NCBI GenBank assembly: GCA_047495785.1
Contig: JBLDXI010000001.1
Location: forward strand, 4,154,001 to 4,218,000
DNA length: 64,000 nucleotides
Origin: Lepidodermella squamata
Taxonomy: Eukaryota > Animalia > Gastrotricha
Direction: 5' to 3'
Part shown: piece by piece, positions 50,032-62,786 of the stretch
Layout of the letters: every line of letters begins with the position of its first letter
How positions within the stretch are numbered: position 1 is the stretch's first letter
The notes under the pieces: generated by a model
What the model was told of the DNA's origin: nothing
The model's database searches: none
What the model saw: the letters and a program-made list of their open reading frames with translations, nothing else
Made by a program: the position numbers and the translations under genes

Positions 50032-51921
50032 TAAATCAAGATTTTGACGAGAAAATTCAACATTGAAACTTAATTCCAATTTTTACGGTGGATGATGCAG
50101 AACATCTTATGAGACTACCTAAAAGCTAAAATTGCAACGCAGCCTCCTCGATTTTCCCCTATCTTGGTACCAGTCGTTCAGATTTTTTGAATGCAAGAAA
50201 TTGTATACCACGTTACAACCCAGCATGGTTCCAAACATTCTGATACAATGATGAGTGACTAGTATCTCAATGTAATTTTCGGTTTTCAGGCTGTATCTCA
50301 ATCGATTTCTCGAGATTTTATTGAAAGCAAGTGTCTTACTACTTAAATTGGCTAAAATGTCAGTATATCAACGGGTTGTCTACATTAGCCGCTTTTTGCC
50401 GTATTTTCCCCCTTTTCTTTAGTGGTGGCTATTATAACAAAATTAAAACTGCAGTTTTAACGTTTCACTGATTTGAAATTTTTTCCACTTAATCCGCTCT
50501 AACAAACAGAAAAAAATAAGTTCTGGCAATTGAGCTAATAAGCGTTGCTGTTCGCTGGTTTACGCTTGTTTATATAAAACCGAACGCGCGTATTGGGGCA
50601 TTCGCGCGCATAATAGCATAAATGTTAGCGCACGCATTATAATACAATAAAATGTATGGTCAATCAAAAGCAGTTATTATGCCGCAATACCGAAATGTAC
50701 CGCTTCTCGGAGGATTATTGCCAGCCATCGAGCAAGTGGAACTGGTCGTCGGTCAGACCAAGTCGACGACAGACTCTGATACCATCTATCGAGATACGGT
50801 GGTCTACTGCAGATTCAAGATCGACTGCTTGAGCTCAATAGCTTCTTTCTTCGAACTACTGCTGATTCAGGTCCTGATCGTGGCTGCAACATTCATGAAA
50901 GTTGTTCAGATGTATCGCGTTGTAAGGCGAATGCGACCTACGCAGCGGTTTTCAATGACCGGGCCGGTGATTTTCTGCGAGATGACTGCTCTTTTTGCTG
51001 GGAGTGTTTTGCTAGTCATAGTTCATCAAACGAAGGACCACCAACTTATGCTAACAGCCTCCGGTGTTTGTTTGGCTTTGGGCCTCGTGTCGCTTTCGCT
51101 GATGGCCATCGAGTTGCGCGTTAGATTGGCACGTGACGAGCCGCCGCCAATGACAGCGATAAACAAGACTGGTCGCAGTTCGGCAAGAGCTTTCATGGGA
51201 ACATCCAGTAGCAACGGCGCCTCTATGGTAACGCTTGGTCCAAATGACGTTCTCAGGAATGTATCATTTAGCAGTGAGGTGGACGAAGCTTCGTTGAGGC
51301 ATAGATTCGCATCCACGAGGCTGGCAAGTACAGAAACCTGAAAGGAGAACATGTTTTTTACTCATAATCAATATATATAATAAAATAATTAAGAATTGCT
51401 GATCAAATGGAATAAAAGTCAACGTTTTTTGAGCTTGTAACCCAAATCTTGCCTCGTCAACGATGCTTCAAAGCTGCCGTGTCCTGGGAATGGGAGTTAA
51501 TGTCGCTGTCTCACAAGTCAACCCAATTTTCAATCTTGACAATTCTAAAATGGTCTTTTAAGTCTAAAATTGTCAATTTATCTTCAGTTAGTTATTAGTG
51601 CAATCGATTTCAGCCGAAAAAGCAAACTCAGCCGTCCTCAGCCGCCTGGGGCAAACTTGCACAAATTTGCCATATCGTATGCCAGCTTGGAGTGTGATAA
51701 TTAGGTTGAACGCCACATTCCTACGCGAAGTTACGTTATTTATCCTGCACAGCAATCGCTGATCCGAGGCAAGCTTCTCAGATTTCTATCAGTTTCCACC
51801 TGAATTGTAACTGAAGCGCCTAATTATCCTCATACAACGTGCATTTCTAAGTTATTGAATATATATATATATAAATATAAGCTAAGAGAGCTGTCTGGAT
51901 TTCAAGCAGAAATTATTCCCA

Positions 51922-54900
51922 ATGCATATCCTGGTCGCGATCTCTTTTCTTAACCTGATAGCCCCAAGTGTCGCGGACATAGTCAATGTTGCTCAATTTC
52001 GAGATTTTGTCAACGAGACATTTTTCGAAGCTAAATCGACGCTCTCCGAAGATATACCACCATATGTCGCATCCTCGGCTTTCTTCGATAACGCCACTGA
52101 TGACTTGCCAGTTTTAACATTATTGACACCTGTATCTTACGGAGGTCTTCTAGCTATGGGACCTTCTGCCACACGCTCAATCCAACTTGCATTGGATCGG
52201 CTTAGCCTGAACACCTCTTTGTTGCACAAGTATCAACTGGTTTTCGAAATGTATGATGATGACGTACGTTTGAACAGCTTTTCTGATTTAATGGCCAGCG
52301 AAGTTTTGAGTACCCCATTATTTTGTTGAAAATAGAGTGCATAGCTTGGAATGTGCTGCCGTAATTAGGATTAATTCATATTTTTATCATATTTTATATT
52401 TATTTTATTCATATTTTCACTTTTTATTAATTTACTCCTTATGATTCCATGAAGGGGAAATTGGGGAAAAGGACGGGCGAGTAAATTCTTTGAAGCGTCC
52501 ATTAGTTTTAAATAAACTGTTCAATGGTGTTTAGTGCTGGGATCCATATGCAATCGGCAATACCACCAGTCGCTTCTCGCACGACAGCGAAGCCAATTCG
52601 ATGCGGCTTCCTATTCTGCTGATGCCGTTATGTCCCGATTACAGCCAATATGTGCTGTCTCTTGCGGCCAAGTCTCTGAACATGATTGCTGTAAGTTTAT
52701 TTTGTATTTGGACATGGCCAGCTGAATGTCTATGTTTATTCAGCTTTTATCCTCTGCGGTGAATAATCAAGTAGTGACTGACAAAGCTAGGCATTCATCG
52801 ACCTTTTCACTTGCTATTCCGCCGTCAGCGCTACTCTCGGCTGTTGTCGACTTCATATGGGCGAACAACTGGCGCAAAGTTGCAATCATATCAGATATGA
52901 GCACTTTCTACATTAATTTGGATGCCATCTTTGTGTCGCTACTGGAGGCGAAAGGCATAGCGCTTATTTCCTTAGAAAAAGTCGCCATTAATCCTATAGA
53001 ACCTGAGAACGTTCTTAAGGCAGCCAATGACACGATAATGAAAGAGGCTCGCATCATTCTGCTTCACGCAGATTTTCCCGATTACTACTTGTGCAGCTTA
53101 CACAAGTTAGGAGCGTCCGAACCAACCTGCGCGATTTTCGTTGCTGGTTTTGCGGCGAGTTTATTGAACCCTGAAACTTGCGTGATCTCAGAAAGCATTA
53201 GCTCGTGGTGCACATGCGAAATGCTTCAAGAAATCGGGCAAAATGTCTTCTTTTACGAGCAAGTGGCGCTGAACGACGTCGAGGAGAATTCTACAGATTC
53301 TACCGGGCTAAACTTCATTGAATATGGGGATGAGATCAGAAATCGGATATCTGACTTGGACCAGCTGCAATTGTGGTCTTCAAATGTCTATGATCAAACT
53401 CTGTTCCTTGGCTACGCACTTGATGCTTTCGAGCAAATGCTCGAGACTTCTAGAAATGAAACTCTCCTAGACTGGACTGTGGGTTCAGTTAATTTTGAGC
53501 AGAACTCTCAAGCTTACTCGCAGATGATGAAAGAAGCAATTTTCTCCCTTCCCCCAGTTACAGGACTTCTGGGCGTTTATAACTTTGACCGGCAAACTGG
53601 GTCAAATATTCAAGGTTTCACGCCCATCACTTTAACTCAATATCAAAAATCAGACAATGCGTCCCTCAATCCCTCGATAGTTGGAATCTACGATTCGAAT
53701 GGTAAGGTACCTCTGGTTGTAATTCCTAATGCCGTCAGGTGGCGAACTCCTAATGGGAAAAGCTTCGCCGATTCTTTCAAAATAGCCGAAAAAGTCGAAC
53801 CTCTAATCTCAACAAGGACATATGCGCTTCTTGCAGGTAATTTATATACAAATTGAGAAAAACTGCGATGAATATTTGTGATCTTTTCAGCTTTCGGGAT
53901 TTCCGGATTCATGTTGACACTGCTGTTAATCAAACCACCGTCGTTTATTTTAAATCTTATCGCCATCGGGGATTCCGACCCAGAAAATTCTCCTGAGGAT
54001 ATTATTAGCCAGAACAGGAATGCATTGCTTGGTTCTTCGCTGCTTTTTCTCAGTGGCTTACTGCTGCCTATTTCTGCAAATGCTAGTTTCGTGACGTCCT
54101 GCGCCGCTCATACAGGTTTAATTTACTGTGGAATCTGTTTTTCATTAGCTGGAAAGTATGTCAAGCTCAGATCGCTTCATGCCATTATTGAATATCGGTC
54201 GGCATTAGTTCAGCCTCCTTTCCTCAAATCATTTTTCAAATGCTTATTTTGGCTTATCATCAATTCACCCGCACTCATCGGCCTGTTACTGAATATTGAG
54301 ATTGCCGAGTATAGAACCGGAATCGAGAGGTCTGAGGAAGATGCTGATATTTATTTCGTGGGTATCGTTCAATTTTGTCGAATTCGGTTGGAAAACGTTG
54401 CGGCAATGACGGGTATTGCTCAACTGGCTGCCCTTCAAATATTTGTCATTGGGTTGCTCCTATCGAACCTACGTAGCATTTCCCTCGTAAGTAACTGAGT
54501 TAATTTCACGAAATATACGTTACAATTGTGATTTTCAGGCTTTGAAGAGGAGGAAGCGCTCGCGTCGTGTCTACCCAATTATGGGCGTCTCCATCTTGTG
54601 CGAGTTGATAACTTTAGCGGCTGGGTGCTTTATCGCAGCCATCATCCAATTTTCTAACGAAGCTAATCTTATGGTGACGATTTCAGGCATCTGCATTGCT
54701 TATGCTGCAGCTACGTTGACGTCCACAGTTGCCGAGTTGCGACTTAGAACTACGTCCGCTCGAGCTTCTCGGCTGTCGGCCTTGCGAAGAAGTACGACTG
54801 GCCGAGTTTCTTGGCTCTCGACATTGGGAGTAATAATACGCGCCCGGGCCTCTCGGCTGGTGTCATTACGAGAGCCGATCGGGCTTTCAGCCGTTCATCC

Positions 54901-54922
54901 TAACTTGCCCACTCTTGGTTGA
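51922..54922 (+). CDS. Class C GPCR, GABA-B-like architecture, 5 exons; subfamily B (apparently intact)
   Basis: Exons 51922-52263, 52535-52690, 52744-53836, 53891-54486 and 54539-54922 splice in frame. Signal peptide, VFT (ANNWRKVAII, EARIILLH, VYDQTL, WRTPNG), seven hydrophobic helices and an Arg/Ser-rich tail. Confidence 0.85.
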
Positions 54923-55640
54923 AACTCTGATGACACTGAGATTCATGGTGATATCTCCGTGAATTCTATATCATAAGTTGTGTGAACTATTTTGAGTTGT
55001 AAATGTTTGGCTTTGGTAATTTTTCGAGTTTTCGTGTGGTTTTGTGGAAGAGCCAGATGTCCCTATTCCCTATTCCCATTTAAATGGCCAAATAATGCCA
55101 TTAAATGCAAAAATCGTGTCGATAAAATCGCTTATTTTGTCTGCCTTTTGCAATACTTGAATAACTTCACTCCAGAAAATCTACTCAGCAGGCAAACACT
55201 GAAAAATCCGTAGATATGAGTCTCTCGGCTAATAAGGATGCAGAATGCTGGCTGAGCGGAGCTTCAAAGGCCTGATCATGGTCTATCCAATGAAATCCTG
55301 TCGGCAGTTAATGTAAGTTCCCGACAACAAACTACCTGGAACGTCATAATTGCTCTTTATTTCCGGAGGAAATCCACGACAGTGTCGCGTTTTACATCCG
55401 CTTACACGAGAAGCAAACTAAATATCGCTTACGTCGTCTTAATTCTGGCTATCATAGTGAAGGAGCCCGGTTTGCAGAAAAGCGCTCAAACAAATTATTA
55501 GGCATTTTCATTTCGACGCAATTTCGGCGTCGCTAAAATAAATGACCATACAGCCCATGGCGAGACTAAAAGGTTGAAATTTTACTAGCCACAAAGAACA
55601 AGAACAATTTTCTAGTAGTAGGCATGCCATGCGGCTGTTT

Positions 55641-58108
55641 TCACTGATTATTTGAGTTTAAAATATCAACGCTAGCAGACAACCTCATTGCATTGGATCC
55701 AGTTCTTGTTAATCGCGACATTCTTCGAATGATAACGGTTCCGTGGTAATCAGATGGATGAACAAAGCTAATGCGCTGATTTCCAAGTACTGGTGCAACC
55801 ATCGATGGATTCAGGAGAGTTTGAATGAAAGGAATATACCAGGAGATTATTGAAATTATCGAATGCGCCATAGCTAGAAATACAACTGCTATCTTCTGAT
55901 TTTTCAGTGCGAGGCTTGAATTCAAATTCTGCTGTAGAGCAATCAATATTATGACCCCTCCAACGAGGAGTAAAGCCGAGTTTGTCATTCCAATGGCCAT
56001 CCAGCTGAACTCGCTGCAGATGTTATTCTTCTTTAATATACGAATGTCGTATGTGAAGAAAAGTCCTAACATCACGAAGAGGGCTTGTAAAGCGGCCAAA
56101 CTAAACAGCCATGATGATTGATATTTCGACCCGCAAAGATGGTAAAGCCAAACAGTGTTGGTGTCCTTGGTTTCGTCGTAAATTTCATTCCCGGATTCTG
56201 CATCTGGCCACAGAGCTTCCTTACAGGTGAACTGATCACTCATTTTTGGGGAAGATAGCCAAACTGCTAGGATAGCTACATCAATTATTGCTACGGCAAC
56301 TAGAACTATCAACGATCTTTTGATGAGCATCCTATCGAAAACTGGAGTGAAGGCGGTGGCTGCCATCCCAACTTTATCCTGGCAGGTGTACTCATTCCAT
56401 TTCGGGTGTTTCTTCCACATTTTGTAGACCAATGCACGGGACACCATGGACCCATTAGATATAACGAGAAACCTGAAACCAATGTCACGAATCTAGCGAT
56501 CCATAAAGTTGTAGGGGACGAAACTTTGTTGTCCTGAATTGAGAATAAAATGGCCGAGATACTCATGAAAACCGCTCCTAGACTTCCAATGGCTTTGATT
56601 GTGAAATCCTTCATTTCTCTTTTTTTGTACAGCTTTAGCGAAAGGCAGGTTGCAATACTCAATATTTCGATCGCAGCGCATAGAATCGATAAAAGCATTA
56701 CGTATATTGGGACATCTTCAATCAATACCACAAATTGCACTCGATCTTTCGGAGGTTTTCCATCGTAGGTATTCCAAGGCAGATCAGGGACAAGTTTTTC
56801 CAATACAAAATCTGATACTTTGCGGCCTGTAGTTCCTTCAATCTGCTTGAAAACTCCGAGAGTCAATCGGTTTGTCGGTTCGATGTAGCGGACAGTTGCC
56901 AAGGAGTCCGTGGCGATTTCCCCTGTAATATTGCTATACTTAATTCGACCTATCCGCATGCTAGGGACATCGCTCTCGATCATCGATTCATTAGCGAGCT
57001 TCGAGAAAAGGGAAGGAAAATTGCTGTAGTCTTTCAGGGTTAAATTTATCGAGTTCAACTTCCGCTCTGTAGCATCTAGTGCTCTGAACACGACCATTAC
57101 AGATTCGTAGCATAAGTATCGATAGTTATAGTCCACACTTCGGCCAAATTTCGTGAGTGAGTCCAGGGTATTCTCAAATTCCAAGGATTCAGGTGTTGGG
57201 TTGATTGGAGCAGGAAGTGGGACCACTGAGAACGTTTGCTGGATCTGCTCAGTCAACATAGCTCGACTACAACCTGGCGCTACTGTGGCTGCTAAACTCC
57301 CTGGGTTGATCTCTTGATTACTCATGAAATGGTACCTCGGCCCTCGAATCCCCACTCGATGAGCTAGACACATGAATTGAAAATAGACAGGTAAGGTCCC
57401 TATCCATACCACGATGACCCTTGCATCACTTTTCTTGAGAGGTAGTAACTCTGCCGGGTCTTTCACTTCGTTTACTCCATAATACCACGCAACAGTTAAA
57501 TTGTTCTGAAGAGCCAGGTGGTAGGTTTGATCTGCGGGAATGAAATTCGCTGGATTCCCTAAGAAGTATACAATTGCGATACGTTGCCACTGTCCGAAGT
57601 ACTTGATGATATGGATAAAGTTGTAAGCATACCAAGTTGCAGTTACAACTGATAGATATAGGTTAGGATACCTGTTACGGTCATTTAAAATCGCGGCTGA
57701 ACATTTGCTGGCGATTCCTACAGCGCCAATGTGGTGTAGAATTGTTCCAATCGGTTGACAGCCAGCTGAGAAGTAGCCAGCAATCATTATGGGTGATAGA
57801 GATGTGTTTCTCTCCATGGGCTGGGAGTTGAAGAAATTGAGTACGTGACCAGTAGACTTACTTCCAACTGATCCTTCATCCCTGAGGTCTGGCTGAAGGA
57901 AGTACCCTGGTAAGATCTTGTCATCCTTATTAGCTTTGTCGAAGGCTAACTGGGCAGCGACTTTGCACTCCAGACCAGTAGCAGGCTCATTGCCAGTGAA
58001 AGGCATCTGAGTCAACACTCTCAGCTTCCAAGCTTCATTGCTTTTCGCCTCAAGAGCACTTGTGATCAATGTGAGGCAAAGAATCGCTGCTCGGATAAAA
58101 TGATCCAT
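55641..58108 (-). pseudogene. Class C GPCR (subfamily A, intronless) with one 2-bp frameshift in TM3; pseudogene, null allele or assembly error
   Basis: ORFs 58108-56309 and 56447-55641 are both homologous to 19398/22884. Deleting one TA at ~56460 gives GFSLSNGSMVSRA, colinear with the paralog GVSIVNASLVLRP. Confidence 0.85.
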
Positions 58109-59386
58109 AATTCAGTTGGTCAAGAATTAAGCGGATTCTAAATGCTTCTTATATAGGTTTTATGGTTTCCCAGTCCGTTAGTATTACGCCCACCTATCAT
58201 TTCCGCCCTGGTGACAAGGCAGGTGGAGTCTGCGTTTCGACATGTGCTACTTTAAGATTAATATTGCGTCATGTGAAGCATGAAAAACCGAAGTATCACG
58301 ATTTTCTTGAGCAATGTTTCACATTTCAGTTGAGCATGAGCCAGGAGAACAAGTTATTGCGCAGCAATGCCCTGTCGCGTTTCCGAAACATGTGATTTTC
58401 TAATGCACTTAACAACTTTTTTAATCGCAAACATTATCAATACAGAATTTTTCCTAGGCTTCCGGTACACTAGCAATATCAGCGGATTACGGTGACAGAC
58501 ACCGAAATTAGAGTATCATGACATGTTGATTGTCATAGAGTCCACCAAATTGTCCCATAAATCTTAGTCTCTCTCCTTGCTCTCTAGAGTCGTAAAATAA
58601 TTTATTTACGAATTTATTTGTTACAAATATATGAACCAGAACTTGACGCATGACTTTTGAGCAAAGAAAAATGAAATGAAAGTTTTATTAACGTCCCTCC
58701 AGAGTGCATGATGACGGAAAAAAATCAACAAAATGTTACCCTTGCGGGTTCAGGGGACAGCGACGGGCGATCAGCTCGAGTCCGACGGCTCGGTCGCGAA
58801 CAGCCTGCTTTTCTAAAAAAAATCATGAATTTCAATTGTTAGACAGAGAGGCTGCCATTTTTTTTATCTCTGGCTGTAGTTTCTGCCAATTCGATATTTT
58901 AATAATTTCGGCGCGTCGCTTAGCTTGTGTCGATATTTTGTGATTTTTACGTACCTAACCTGTTTTTGAACTAAGCCAATTTTATTTCAACATTTTTTTA
59001 AACTGTCAATCCATCGAGCACGACGTAGCCAACAACTTTCATCGACCGCCTTCCAAAAATGCATTCATTTAAAAACTCAAGTGTAGCCATTTTATTTCCT
59101 CATGGTTCACTACCATAGGCGAACGCAATCCGATTCAGTCATTCATGCTCTTCGCCACGGAAAAATCGGGCAATAAATTATCCCACCTGCTAAAGCTGCT
59201 CCAAATATGTTATTTTGTTAGTATTTATCCTCAAGTAGACCACCTATTTTTGTCCATAGGTTGTCGAAGCTTTCGTTCCTTAGCAAAAACAAAAACAATG
59301 CGTTCGTATATGATATAGCCTCATCGTCAACTTATAGCATGCGAGTTAATAAGTGAGTGTCGCTATTTCAAAAGGTTAAATGCGTT

Positions 59387-59420
59387 GCGACCTGACGGGC
59401 GACCTGACGGGCGACCTGAC
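59387..59420. repeat. 12-bp tandem repeat (gcgacctgacgg) x about 3 upstream of GT6 copy 2
   Basis: Directly visible. Confidence 0.8.
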
Positions 59421-59501
59421 AATAGCAATGTGAGCTATTCTCATGTCTCATGGTGATACGGTATCAGTTTCAATGCGGTGGCATAAACAAAGCTTAGGCA
59501 A

Positions 59502-60572
59502 ATGGCCCTCGAAATGACACTTTTAAATAGGGATAATCTTAATGCTTCCTTGCTCCTTCAATGCAAGGGGAGAAATTATTTTCCAACCCGACTTCGAGCT
59601 AATCTAATATCATCCGGACATCTTGGGAAATTCAAGTTTCTATTTTTGTGGCACTTGCCACAATACTCGCGATAATTTCCAGGACTTATTCTTCTTCGAA
59701 TTCCTGCCCCTCATTGGCTGATGGAACAAATGAAACTGGGCTTAATATTACAGCGAACCCTAAATCGGTCGCGGTCCTTATCAGCGCTACGGGAAAGTAT
59801 CTGCAATTAGGCCTTGAACTAATCGACAGCGCCAAAAGTTACTTCTGTCGGAACCGGGAATGCTCCAGTGTAACCTACCTTTTATTCACCGACTGGAAGG
59901 AACCTGATCCTAAATTAATCTCAAGGAAGGAAAATTCAGATCCGAGGATTCTTGTTATTCCTCAGTCTAAACTCGGATGGCCTCATGACAGCATGAAGCG
60001 TTTCGATTTCTATTTGAATCAACAAGCGATAATCATGGTGAGAATGTGATTATAACATGTATGACACGAGAATGACACATTTCCTGTTATAGAAGTATGA
60101 TTTTGTGTTAGCAATGGATGCGGATCTCAGATTTGTAAGCCCGGTTTCACTGGGCGAGATCTATGGTGATCTCGTCGGAGTTTTGCATCCAGGATACTTC
60201 GAAGACTGGGAAATTTACGTCCCGTACGAGAGGACTGAACCTAGGTCCAAAGCATACATCCCGTATAACTGCCGCTACTTCACCGGAGCAATATGGGGCG
60301 GCCGTTCTGAGCGGTTCATTAGAGCATTGAAAACCTTAGTTTGGCAAATGGATTCTGATGCAACTTCACTCGGTGGGAATTTCACCGCGAAATGGCATGA
60401 TGAATCTTATTTGAATCGCTATTTCTACGATAATCCACCGACAAGAGTGCTACAGCCGGCCTACTACATGCCAGAGGACACAATGCGATACCCAGAATCT
60501 GTTCGAAAGATTAAACCCAAGATTATTGCTCTGATTAAGAATCATAACGAGATGCGTGAATTAGTCTCATGA
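59502..60572 (+). CDS. Family 6 glycosyltransferase, copy 2 (apparent 1-bp frameshift in a T5 run at 59643-59647)
   Basis: Intron 60038-60092 at the same position as in copy 1. ATGKY, MDAD, LHPGY, YFTGAIWGG, WHDESYLNRY. The only suitable nearby ATG (59502) is out of frame unless one T is added, which gives the TM FKFLFFVALATILAII. Confidence 0.85.
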
Positions 60573-60575
60573 CAC

Positions 60576-60612
60576 CATAGAGAACAGAAGTACATTCCTT
60601 CTGTTCTCTATG
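60576..60612. mobile_element. 37-bp micro-MITE of the CATAGAG family
   Basis: Perfect 15-bp TIR catagagaacagaag / cttctgttctctatg with a 7-bp spacer. Perfect 8-bp TSD CATGACAC (60568-60575, 60613-60620). Confidence 0.9.
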
Positions 60613-61140
60613 CATGACACAGATTTTAAAATATTCAAATGTTCAATTGCTCGATAAGAACTGCGCACATGTTCAAACCATCTAACATTTTACAATTGTT
60701 CCGCTCTCCGCTATTATATTACATTATTTGCTGGATTTCTCGAGGGAGAAAAACCAAAGCGAGGAAGAAAAAGGGTTATGTTTTGTTAACTTTTTTTAAG
60801 AATTCTGCACCGCGTTAAGGACTGAGAGAGAAAACAAATTTAGAGAGCAGTATTTCCTGGAACCATAGCCGGTAACCAGTAAAAGGTCCAGTAAAAGGTT
60901 CTACATTGTGTCCAAAGTTGCAAAGCTTTTTTGACGCGCTGTATTATTCGTTTAGAGGTGACAATCATTTACTGGGGCAAGGGCGTCCGCCGTAAATCCC
61001 TCTCAGGGTACATCGATGTTTTCTCCAGCTTTCATTCTTCGAATCCGAATTAGAAAGGAACAAGAAATTTCCGAGCTTCAAAGAAATTTCATGACTAAGG
61101 CCCAGTTGCTTTTATTACTCAAAGGCAAAAGTGTCATCCA

Positions 61141-62152
61141 TTAAAACGACTGAGTTCTTGTAATCACATCAGCTTCAAATTTCTCTTTGCTGCTTCTGCC
61201 CAGGCTTGTCCTACTCGCAGGCTGGTTAATGTCGCCCATCACAGCCGCTTGATAATCTGAAGCACCACTAGCAGCATCCAGCTCCCCGTCCTCTGCTTCC
61301 AGATCTTCTTCGACCTCCACACTCCTAACGTCTTCATCATCGTTATCGTCGATTCCACCGGTTATCTCAGGTAAAATCCGGTTTAATTCGTGGCATAGCT
61401 GCAGCAGAATAGGGGCGGCTGAAGATTGGCGGCGCTGAGGGCTTAGACTGCCTAGAAACTGGCCGTTTCGGATGGTGTCGATGTTCATTGAGGTAGTATT
61501 GTCCCATGACAGAGCAATAGCATCTTGACTTGCTTCGTAGAAGTGTTTGAAATAATAAGTTTGACAGGAAGCATTCGACTTTCTGAATGATCTTCGAAAG
61601 TTTCTAAAATACAGAGAAATAATGCAGGCACTATATTCTGGACAACTGAAATGATAAATCCGTGGTAACTACTCGTTCAAAAAGCTAAGTGGTCATAGGA
61701 AATTATTGGCGATTCAGAAAATCCTTGGCATGATATTAGGATCAGTACCGATCTCAAAAATGTGTAGTAATTGCAAATTTAAAGCCTGGTAGCGGGATTC
61801 CGAGAATCATACAATAATTCAGCATTAACCACCTGATTCTACGGAAATTACCAGTGATTTTTTTGAACTCAAGATTGGGATTATAACATTTGAAACCTTC
61901 GGCCGTTCAGATTAGACCCTTTTATCGCCTTTCCTATCTCATCACGGGCCAATTCCTATAGCCCGAGAAGCAATAATTTGTAGCATCCACACAATAAATT
62001 AGTCCACAATCAATTAGTTCGCGTTGGTATTATATGCGAAATGCAAAGACTCACCTTCTTCGGTGGTAGAAAAAACTGACGAGACATCCAGCCGCAAAGC
62101 CGAACAAGAGGCTTGATACGACGGCAGCTCGACCTCGCAATAAGTCGGACAT
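61141..62152 (-). CDS. Small protein (186 aa) with an N-terminal membrane anchor and an acidic low-complexity tail; function unknown
   Basis: Exons 62152-62055 and 61603-61141 join in phase 2: MSDLLRGRAAVVSSLLFGFAAGCLVSFFYHRR|RNFRRSFRK...DDNDDEDVRSVEVEEDLEAEDGE...TQSF*. Confidence 0.6.
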
Positions 62153-62786
62153 TGCGCGAGATTTGTTTCGATGATGATATTGTAAGTAGTATATATGGCA
62201 ATTTTCACGAGGCCCGCTCAATCATTGCTCAATGCATGTTCACCGAGGTGCGTATCTTGTACTGCTTATTTGCGCAGCCCCCTGCCGTGCCCTGCAATAG
62301 AGTAAGGACCCATACGAGCGAAAGATGCATTTTTTGCTTGCAGATCATAGTCTTGTAAGTGTTGTGTGTATTGAGCGCGGCTAAACACGGTGTTACTACA
62401 TGATAGAAGCATTTTGCTATCAAGTACTCTCGTAGAGGGCATAAGTACGCTCTTACCGACCATTCGCGCCTATTTATCAAACGCTGCAATCGGATATTGG
62501 CTTCATCCCATTGTTCATGCAGCGTTATCTGAACTATTGCGCGTTGCTTTATGCGGTAAACTGGTTAATAAAACAGTTTCTAAGTTTGAAATTGAGAATT
62601 GAAGCACGTGATTGAGCTATGGAGAGAGCCCTGCTAGACAGGCCAGTGTGATCAGTGATGGTTAAAAATCAATTCCAAAGAAGAATTTCTTGATTAGCTT
62701 GAACATCTCCGACCTTCATAATCAAAGCAGCTCCTCAGGGTCAAATAATTCGATCACAGTGTTGAGGCTGCTGTCGATGCTGAGTC

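Larger units (their letters stand above)
45222..50692. mobile_element. 5471-bp non-autonomous TIR transposon with 4-bp AAAT TSD (Sola1-like hallmarks), containing three nested elements
   Basis: TIR of at least 85 bp: cggtattgcggcataataactgcttttgattgacca.. / ..tggtcaatcaaaagcagttattatgccgcaataccg. AAAT at 45218-45221 and 50693-50696. Removing it restores the GPCR frame. No intact transposase ORF. Confidence 0.9.
42820..51341 (+). pseudogene. Class C GPCR pseudogene (subfamily B, paralog of 51922-54922), interrupted by a 5.5-kb transposon
   Basis: Exons 42820-43179, 43399-43554, 43798-~44784 and ~44844-45221 + 50697-51341 align to the neighbour. A deletion of about 30 codons and several frameshifts lie at ~44480-44660. 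TM4 is split by the insertion (LALAN|VPLLGGLL). Confidence 0.85.

Noticed and set aside
62229-62489. Signal-peptide-like ORF (MHLSLVWVLTLLQGTAGG..)
   Set aside because: It ends quickly with no supported splice. The frame starting at 62152 explains the downstream exon better.
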